From NCBI GenBank assembly GCA_035389045.1, contig DAOORA010000006.1, positions 62,001-97,746 on the forward strand: a stretch of DNA of 35,746 bases, given 5' to 3'. This DNA is from Bacteroidales bacterium (lineage in GTDB: Bacteria > Bacteroidota > Bacteroidia > Bacteroidales > CAIWKO01). Shown piece by piece: positions 28,811-35,746 of this stretch. The notes beneath the pieces were generated by a model. It worked only from the letters and a program-made list of their open reading frames with translations, did not search any database and was not told where the DNA came from. The number at the start of each line of letters is the position of its first letter. Position 1 is the stretch's first letter. The translations under genes were made by a program, and so were the position numbers.

Positions 28811-30526
28811 ATGAAAAAATTATATCCTGTTATTTTGGTTTTTATGTTTTCTTTTTCTTACGGCCAGGTAGTTCCTGTTGAAACAGCCCGGCAGGTGGCC
28901 AAAAACATATATTTTGAAAGAGCTAATATTGAGAAAAATATTGCATACCGGGATATCGTCTTTAACAGCGAATTTACGATCACAGAAAATGACCAGGCGG
29001 TTTTTTATATCTATAATGTTGAACCCAAGCGGGGGTTTGTTATTATTTCTGCCGAAGTCCGTACCATGCCGGTTTTGTTTTACACTTTCGAGGGCAGCTA
29101 TTCACCCGAAATTCTGAATGAAAACGTTATCCGTTGGCTTGAATTGTATAAAAAACAAATCAAGCACGTTCGTTCACAGCCTATCAAAAAAGATAAAGAA
29201 ATCGAAAAATACTGGAACTATTATTCATCCCCTTCGGTGGTTTTATCTAAAGATATTGAAGCGGTGTCGCCACTGCTGGCTACCAACTGGGGGCAGGATT
29301 GTTATTTTAACCAGTATTGTCCGAGCGCTATGTTCGGACCTTGTGGCAAATGTTACGCCGGTTGTGTGGCAGATGCCATGGCCATGGTGATGAAATATCA
29401 TAACTATCCGACCCATGGATACAGCTCCCATAGTTACGCCCATACCATTGCCAATGGGTTTTCGAATAATTTCGGAACACTGACTGCAAATTTCTGGGCA
29501 ACCACATACAACTGGGCTTCGATGCCGAATAATGTCACATCAACAAATACGGCGGTTGCTACGCTGATATACCATTGCGGTGTTTCTGTCAACATGGATT
29601 ATGATGATCAGGGTTCCGGGGCTTATCTGACTGATGCCACCGCAGCATTGAGAAACTATTTTGTTTATTCCGCACAATATGCCATGCGGAATATGTTCAC
29701 TGATAATGATTGGACGCTCCTGATAAAAAACAGCCTCGATTCGCTGCGGCCTGTTATTTACGGTGGTAATGATGATGGCATGGGCGGCCATGCGTTTGTC
29801 TGCGACGGATATCAGAACAGCGGCACTTACAGCAACATGTTTCATTTCAACTGGGGATGGAGCGGAACTTCAAACGGATACATATACCTGAACAATATTG
29901 CTCCCGACGGAACAGGCTACGATTTTGACGACGGCCAGCAAATCATTTATAATATTTACCCTAAACCGGCAACAACACCGGTCGCCGATTTTACCGCCAA
30001 CAACACTTCGGTGCTGGTCAACGGCGTGGTTGTATTTACAAACTCATCGGCCAATGACCCCATAGACTATCTTTGGACGATAACTCCATCAAGCGGGGCG
30101 TCATTTGCCGGAGGATCGTCCGCTACCTCTAAAAATGCCATCATCAAATTCACAGCGCCGGGTTATTATTCGATATCCCTGAAAGCAACAAATGCAGCAG
30201 GCACGGATACGGAAACAAAGAATAATTATATATATGTATATTCTACGGCAGCTATCGAAGAAAATGAACCCGGCAAAAACATTATAATTTATCCGAACCC
30301 TGCTCAGGATATGATCACCATACAAACCGAAGAACCTGTGGCATCCGGGATACGCTTTATGATTTTCGACAGTCCCGGAAAAAAAGTCAAAGACGGCTTC
30401 ATCAGCAGTAACGGTTTAAACGATGCAAAAGCTATTGATTTGTCAGACTTACAAAAAGGCGTTTATTATATTTCTGTCAACACCTGTACCCGGATCGTCA
30501 CCAGAAAAATAATTCTGATAAAATAA
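28811..30526 (+). CDS. C10 family (streptopain-like) cysteine peptidase with prodomain, PKD domain and T9SS sorting domain
   Basis: Signal peptide, GFVIISA prodomain, WGQ, AGCVA (catalytic Cys), GHAFVCDGY (His), HFNWGW, PVADF..PKD, IYPNP..KGVYYI sorting domain. Confidence 0.95.
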   Translation: MKKLYPVILVFMFSFSYGQVVPVETARQVAKNIYFERANIEKNIAYRDIVFNSEFTITENDQAVFYIYNVEPKRGFVIISAEVRTMPVLFYTFEGSYSPEILNENVIRWLELYKKQIKHVRSQPIKKDKEIEKYWNYYSSPSVVLSKDIEAVSPLLATNWGQDCYFNQYCPSAMFGPCGKCYAGCVADAMAMVMKYHNYPTHGYSSHSYAHTIANGFSNNFGTLTANFWATTYNWASMPNNVTSTNTAVATLIYHCGVSVNMDYDDQGSGAYLTDATAALRNYFVYSAQYAMRNMFTDNDWTLLIKNSLDSLRPVIYGGNDDGMGGHAFVCDGYQNSGTYSNMFHFNWGWSGTSNGYIYLNNIAPDGTGYDFDDGQQIIYNIYPKPATTPVADFTANNTSVLVNGVVVFTNSSANDPIDYLWTITPSSGASFAGGSSATSKNAIIKFTAPGYYSISLKATNAAGTDTETKNNYIYVYSTAAIEENEPGKNIIIYPNPAQDMITIQTEEPVASGIRFMIFDSPGKKVKDGFISSNGLNDAKAIDLSDLQKGVYYISVNTCTRIVTRKIILIK

Positions 30527-30534
30527 ACAGAATC

Positions 30535-31335
30535 TCAATTTTTTTGTCCATAACCTGCAGGAACCGAAAACGGCGCATTTTCTTTTTTTTCAGGACTGAT
30601 GCGCGTATAAATGATGCTTCCTGTGATACTGCCTGAATCCGAAATCCTAAAGTCTATTCTCTGAGGAAATTTCTGCTCGCCGAAATCCTGAAACCCGGAA
30701 TAGTCAAACCCGGCTGTTCTGGCAATATTACCTGAATGTTCCGTGAAGATATTTTTGCCGATCTTATATATCCCCTTGAGAAGCCATATTTCCTGGCTGA
30801 ACAACGTGTCCTGTCCTGCTGACTGCATTTTTATGCCGCTGTAATTCAGGATGATATAGTCTTCTTCCTGCTTTTCCGCAAAGCCAGCGGTGGTAAATTT
30901 TTCGTTATCGTTGCCTGTAATTATAGCCTGAAACAACGCAAAATCAAATTTCATTTTAAGCATGTTGTCAAGCATTTCATGGCCTCCTGCGATGTAGACC
31001 TTATTGATGCGGTCAAGGATTTTCACAGAATCATTCGTCACCAAAAACCGGAAGACTTCTAAACCAAGTTTCTGGATGGACACCCATATCATGGAGTCTT
31101 TAACCATATAAATATTTCCTGAGAACGTGTTGCTTCCTTCTCCTGTTTGTGCGTCGGCATTGAATTTTAATGAGAGGGTAGTAAAGCGGAACTGGTTTTT
31201 TCTCATCAGTTTCACAACATCTTCCGGCCGGCTTTGGTCAACTGCCGGGGTGTCTGCAATGTGCTTTGTTTTGCAGGAAATCTGAAATAACAGGCATATA
31301 CAACAAAAGGCTGCAACGATCAGTCTTTTATTCAT
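30535..31335 (-). CDS. DUF4292 domain lipoprotein
   Basis: MNKRL...ISCKTK lipobox, KDSMIWVSI..LGLEV, DSVKILDRINK; start overlaps the TPR gene stop. Confidence 0.85.
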   Translation of the reverse strand: MNKRLIVAAFCCICLLFQISCKTKHIADTPAVDQSRPEDVVKLMRKNQFRFTTLSLKFNADAQTGEGSNTFSGNIYMVKDSMIWVSIQKLGLEVFRFLVTNDSVKILDRINKVYIAGGHEMLDNMLKMKFDFALFQAIITGNDNEKFTTAGFAEKQEEDYIILNYSGIKMQSAGQDTLFSQEIWLLKGIYKIGKNIFTEHSGNIARTAGFDYSGFQDFGEQKFPQRIDFRISDSGSITGSIIYTRISPEKKENAPFSVPAGYGQKN

Positions 31336-33079
31336 AAAGTTTTTTATCTCTGATTTTTTTATCCAGCAGGTCGTTATTTGTACCGTTCTCCCTGGCCTTT
31401 TTCCATGCATCCACGGCTGCTTCCACCTGATTCAAAGAGAATAAAATATCTCCGTAATGTTCAAGTACAGCAGGATTTTTATCGTTTGTTCCGGCAACAG
31501 CTTTTTCGCTCCATTTTTTGGCCTCATCAAATTTTTTCTGTTTGTAAAACACCCAAGCGTAAGTATCCTGAAAAAGCGGGTTATCGGGTTGTAAAGAAAT
31601 CAGTCGTTCAGAAAGTTGTTCAGCTCTGCCCAGATTTGAGTTTTGCAAGGCAAGATAAAAACTGTAATTATTCAGCACATACGTATTGTTCGGTTCAAAA
31701 CTGAGTGATTTTTCGAACAATTCAAAACAGAGCGCATAATTCTTCATTTTATAATACGAATCAGCGAGAGCGACATAAAACTTAAATAACATTTTATCAT
31801 CATCAAAGGCAAAGTTTTTACCGTTGTTCAGCGCTTCGATGGCCTGTTCATATTCGCCGGCTTTCATTTTTGACGTTCCATAATAAAGGTAGGGTTCCGG
31901 CTGCTCGGGAAAAAGCTCCATGGCCTTTTTGCTTTCTGCAGTAAGCGCCTCGTAGTCTTCAAGACCTCTTTCAATCTGAAGCAGTTGCTGCCACACCACA
32001 TATTTACTGTTATCAAGCTCTGTCACTTTGCGGAAAGCATCACGTGCTCCCGGCAGGTCTTTCTGCTGGTATAAAATGTCTCCGTACACCGAAAACGCTT
32101 TAGGCTCATTCGGTGACGATACGGTCGCTATCCGGGCAAGTTCTGGCAATACCGAAACATATTCTTTGAATTGTGATGGAAAATTCATGATATCCAGCAG
32201 AATTTTCACCTTGGCATCCACATCCATTTGTTCTGAGGAAAAAGCTGTTTTCAGTTCTTCAATGGCTTTTCCGCTGTTGTTCTGAATGCGGTAATAATCT
32301 GCAAGAGAAAGATGTACGTAGGGATCGGATGGGTTAATCTTCAATATCTTATCATATATTTCAAAAGCTTTTAACGGCTGATTCGCTGCCATATAAAGTC
32401 CGGCCAGTTCACCAAGAAATTGTGTTTCGCCCGGAAACAAACCGACGAGCGCTTCCAGTTCTGCAATGGCTTTAGCGGTCTTTCCCTGCTGCATATAAAG
32501 TTTTTCTTTTTGTATGCTTGTTTCCGGCTGCCGGCCCTGTCTGCTTTCGATCAGATCATAAACTCTTATGGCGCCATCATAGTTCTCATTAAGCAGGCAT
32601 ACCTCCGCCCATTGATAATAAACTTCAGCATTTTCGGGAAATTTTTCGGCAACGGCTTTGTATGTTTTTTCGGCATTGTCATAATCCTGCTGTGCCGTAT
32701 AAATCTGTGCAAGCAATAATGAATACCAGATGTTTCCGGGTTTTTTCTTACAGGCATCTTTGGCAAGCACCAGCGCATCGGCATATCTATGGTTATCATA
32801 TAAGAGACTGGCCATCTCGTACAAGGCGGCATCATTACCCGGATTCTGTTTGATACATTGTGCGAAAAGCCCGAGTGCCTTGTCGTTGTTGTTAAGGTAT
32901 TTCTCTCTCAGGCCATCCAGAAACAAAGAAGAATTTTGCAACAACTGCTCCTGTGTAAGTTTTTTGGGATTGGAAACGCCGCCTGTATCTGAACCTTTTT
33001 CAGCCGTTTTACAGGCATAAAAAAACAACAACAGCAAAAAACAGTTGAAATACAAAAGATACTTAAAACTTTTTTTCAT
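31328..33079 (-). CDS. Tetratricopeptide repeat lipoprotein
   Basis: YACKT lipobox, many TPRs, VLNNYSFYLA, DTYAWVFY, EHYGDIL; start 33079 or 33085. Confidence 0.92.
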   Translation of the reverse strand: MKKSFKYLLYFNCFLLLLFFYACKTAEKGSDTGGVSNPKKLTQEQLLQNSSLFLDGLREKYLNNNDKALGLFAQCIKQNPGNDAALYEMASLLYDNHRYADALVLAKDACKKKPGNIWYSLLLAQIYTAQQDYDNAEKTYKAVAEKFPENAEVYYQWAEVCLLNENYDGAIRVYDLIESRQGRQPETSIQKEKLYMQQGKTAKAIAELEALVGLFPGETQFLGELAGLYMAANQPLKAFEIYDKILKINPSDPYVHLSLADYYRIQNNSGKAIEELKTAFSSEQMDVDAKVKILLDIMNFPSQFKEYVSVLPELARIATVSSPNEPKAFSVYGDILYQQKDLPGARDAFRKVTELDNSKYVVWQQLLQIERGLEDYEALTAESKKAMELFPEQPEPYLYYGTSKMKAGEYEQAIEALNNGKNFAFDDDKMLFKFYVALADSYYKMKNYALCFELFEKSLSFEPNNTYVLNNYSFYLALQNSNLGRAEQLSERLISLQPDNPLFQDTYAWVFYKQKKFDEAKKWSEKAVAGTNDKNPAVLEHYGDILFSLNQVEAAVDAWKKARENGTNNDLLDKKIRDKKLYE

Positions 33080-33087
33080 AATCATTT

Positions 33088-34089
33088 CTAGCACATGGTT
33101 GTATAATCACCGATACTCAATTCGTATAACTTTCCTTTAAAATCAACAAAGCTGCCTATCATGGAATTGTCAAGGTTGGCATCCTGTATCAGCGAGTTCT
33201 CCTGTATAATGCTGTTGGTAATAATTGAGTTTTGTATATGTGTGTTTTTCCCGATAGAAACGTGGGGACCGATTACGGAATCGGTGATCACGGCATTATC
33301 ACCGATAAAGCAGGGGGGTTTTATTATGGAATTGATGATTAGTGCCGTTGAAGAAACCAGCTCCTGTTCTTTCAGCATTTCAAGCATCCGCTGGTTGGTA
33401 TGCACCGTGGCGTTTTTGTTTCCGCAGTCGAGCCACTCCTCAACATATTCCGCATAAAATCCGGTGCCTTTGGCCAGCATATTTTTCAGTGCATCCGTCA
33501 GCTGATACTCTCCTGATCTTATTACTTTGTTATCCACCAGGTATTGAAGCTCCTGACGGAGGTACTCACCATCCTTAAAATAATAAATACCAATGATAGC
33601 CAGGTCAGAAACAAATTCTACCGGTTTTTCCACAAATCCTGTGATGGCATTTTGCGCTTCGGTGGTCACCACACCAAAGGCCGAAGGGTTTTCTACTTTC
33701 TGAACCCAGATGATACTGTCTTTGTTCTGGTCTATTTTGAATCCGGCTTTAAACAAGGTATCGGCAAATGCAATGATAACCGGACCTTTGAGGGATTCTT
33801 CGGCACACAACACCGCATGAGCCGTGCCCAGCGCTTCTTTCTGATAATAGATTTTTCCCTTAATACCCAAGCTATCGCTGATGTCCAGCAACTTTTTCTC
33901 AGTTTCTTCACCAAAGTTACCAATAATAAATGCTATTTCGTCGGGAACCTCATCGCACGACTTTATAAGATTTTCGGACAGATGCTGGACAATGGGCTTG
34001 CCGGCAACGGGTAACAACGGCTTGGGAATGGTAAGCGTATGCGGACGCATCCGTTTGCCGATACCAGCCATGGGTATAATTATTTTCAT
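33088..34089 (-). CDS. Sugar-phosphate nucleotidyltransferase
   Basis: IIPMAGIGKRMRPHT..PKPL, LGTAHA, FVEKP, WLDCG, C-terminal hexapeptide repeats. Confidence 0.95.
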   Translation of the reverse strand: MKIIIPMAGIGKRMRPHTLTIPKPLLPVAGKPIVQHLSENLIKSCDEVPDEIAFIIGNFGEETEKKLLDISDSLGIKGKIYYQKEALGTAHAVLCAEESLKGPVIIAFADTLFKAGFKIDQNKDSIIWVQKVENPSAFGVVTTEAQNAITGFVEKPVEFVSDLAIIGIYYFKDGEYLRQELQYLVDNKVIRSGEYQLTDALKNMLAKGTGFYAEYVEEWLDCGNKNATVHTNQRMLEMLKEQELVSSTALIINSIIKPPCFIGDNAVITDSVIGPHVSIGKNTHIQNSIITNSIIQENSLIQDANLDNSMIGSFVDFKGKLYELSIGDYTTMC

Positions 34090-34134
34090 AATCTATCGTT
34101 TTATATAGCAAACACTTGTGATGTTTTGCTATTA

Positions 34135-34142
34135 CAAAAGTA
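34135..34142 (-). promoter_or_regulatory. -7 promoter box for the nucleotidyltransferase-TPR-DUF4292 block
   Basis: TACTTTTG on the minus strand. Confidence 0.6.
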
Positions 34143-34281
34143 CGAATAAATATTATTCATCAACGACAAAATCACTACAGCGGGATGTTCTTATAAACAA
34201 TGGCTTGTTTGTAGTTTTTTCACCTCTGAAAAATTACTTTTTGCAAAAAGAATTATTTTTACAATCTTTTATACATCCCTG

Positions 34282-35538
34282 ATGGCGATTAAAGGAAACA
34301 AAATAAAAATACCGCTGCTGTTGTTTTGCTTTTTTATAGCAATGACCGTCGTTTGGTTTTATCCCTTTGCACAAAATCAGCAAACCAAAGACAAACTCAT
34401 TGATAAGAAAAAAAAGATTGAGGAAGAAATTTCTTATTATAAAAAACTGCTGGGAGAAACTCAAAAAAACAAGGAACTCTCGCTGAATCAGCTTGTAATA
34501 TTAAAAAAGCAGATTTCGAAACGCGAAGAACTGATAGGCGGTATTAATGATGAAATCAGCGGAATAGACCAGAAAATATCTGAAAACAATCAGAACATAC
34601 AACGATCCAATGAGCAGCTGACCTCCATGAAAACAGAGTACGCCACCTTGATTTACAACGCTTATAAAAACAGGAGTTCGTATGACCGTATCATGCTGAT
34701 TTTTGCCGCAGACGATTTCAACCAGGCCTTTCAGCGCATTAAGTATTTTCAGCAATACAATGAATACCTGCGCAGACAGGTTGCGCTGATACAGCAGACC
34801 AAAGATTTTATTGCCAAAAAAAACGAAGAACTGGCTCAACAAAAAGTGTCAAAAGAAAACCTTTTACAAAGCAGCGAAGCAGAAAAGCAGAAACTCAGCG
34901 AGGAAAAAGCAAAAAAAGATACGGACCTGAAAAAGCTCAAACAAAAAGAATCGGAATTACGTAAGAAACTGAAGAAAAAAGAAGAGGAAGCCCGCACCTT
35001 AAAGAAAAAAATTGAAGCCGCCATCAACGCCGAAATAAAAAAATCAGCCGTCAAAAGCAATAAGACGGTGACGAGCACCACAACTGTAAAAAATGTCATG
35101 ACGCCGGAAGAAAAACTCGTTTCCGACAATTTCATGAATAATAAAGGTAAACTTCCCTGGCCTGTTGAACGCGGAACCATTACAGGGTATTTCGGGGAAC
35201 ACCCCCACCCGGTGCTTGACGGAATAAAAATCAAAAACAATGGTATTGACATTTCCACTACACAAGGTTCGGCGGCCCGTGCGGTGCTCAGCGGGACGGT
35301 ATCAAGCGTGATGACCATCACCAACAACAACGTGGCGGTCATTATCAGGCACGGAGAGTTCTTTACCGTTTATTCAAACCTCGGTTCCGTAAATGTCAAT
35401 AAAAATCAATCGGTATCAACCAAGCAAAACATCGGCACTGTTTATACCAACTCCGATGAAGGCAAAACCGAATTACATTTCGAGGTGTGGCAGGGAAAAG
35501 TCATTTGCAACCCTGCCGAGTGGCTGGCAAAAAGATAA
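34282..35538 (+). CDS. Murein hydrolase activator EnvC family (coiled coil plus degenerate M23 domain)
   Basis: Long coiled coil, KGKLPWPV, NNGIDI and ELHFEV lacking the full HxxxD/HxH Zn ligands. Confidence 0.9.
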   Translation: MAIKGNKIKIPLLLFCFFIAMTVVWFYPFAQNQQTKDKLIDKKKKIEEEISYYKKLLGETQKNKELSLNQLVILKKQISKREELIGGINDEISGIDQKISENNQNIQRSNEQLTSMKTEYATLIYNAYKNRSSYDRIMLIFAADDFNQAFQRIKYFQQYNEYLRRQVALIQQTKDFIAKKNEELAQQKVSKENLLQSSEAEKQKLSEEKAKKDTDLKKLKQKESELRKKLKKKEEEARTLKKKIEAAINAEIKKSAVKSNKTVTSTTTVKNVMTPEEKLVSDNFMNNKGKLPWPVERGTITGYFGEHPHPVLDGIKIKNNGIDISTTQGSAARAVLSGTVSSVMTITNNNVAVIIRHGEFFTVYSNLGSVNVNKNQSVSTKQNIGTVYTNSDEGKTELHFEVWQGKVICNPAEWLAKR

Positions 35539-35746
35539 CCACTTATACCAAATGTAATTATAAAATAGTTTATGATTTCTTTGGTATAATGTCGATGGAC
35601 AGTAATGTATAGTGCAATCGAGTTTACGATGATTGGACTATTACATTACTCCAATCTATATAACTCGCTTTAAAATACGCATAATCAAATGATTAACCCA
35701 CATTGCAGCTATCCGAACGTATTCTTCTGACAACCAATAGTTTCAA

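Noticed and set aside
34282..35538. Inactivated M23 peptidase as a novelty
   Set aside because: Loss of Zn ligands is the normal EnvC state.
35539..35746. Gene entering from the right edge
   Set aside because: Only short frames with no recognisable motif, so no gene can be supported.

Overview
Core chromosomal region of a Bacteroidota bacterium, probably an anaerobic Bacteroidales lineage. The assignment rests on type IX secretion (T9SS) genes, TAnnTTTG promoters and an ATP synthase operon lacking beta and epsilon. Gene order: 5' part of sprA, ruvA, malic enzyme, DUF2147 protein, sirtuin deacylase, Fe-S flavoprotein, an AT-rich methyltransferase, a T9SS cargo protein, pth-rplY-prs, ferritin, atpB-E-F-H-A-G with atpI/atpZ-like genes, bactofilin, porW/sprE, M23 peptidase-dxr-rseP-recX-transglycosylase, prfB (programmed +1 frameshift), a C10 peptidase, a nucleotidyltransferase-TPR-DUF4292 block and an EnvC-like gene. 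No rRNA, tRNA, cas, transposase or integrase genes were seen. The unexplained structure lies in three intergenic regions. (i) A ~180-bp TTAA-flanked MITE-like element at 3701-3880. (ii) A ~200-nt multi-branched palindromic element upstream of atpB. (iii) A ~1-kb repeat complex upstream of prfB, containing REP-like hairpins, a six-copy array of 60-bp hairpins whose arm mismatches mostly read as G-U pairs on the minus strand, three phased direct repeats, and an 8-bp tandem repeat interrupted by a perfect palindrome. Protein family names come from motif recognition only; no database search was run.
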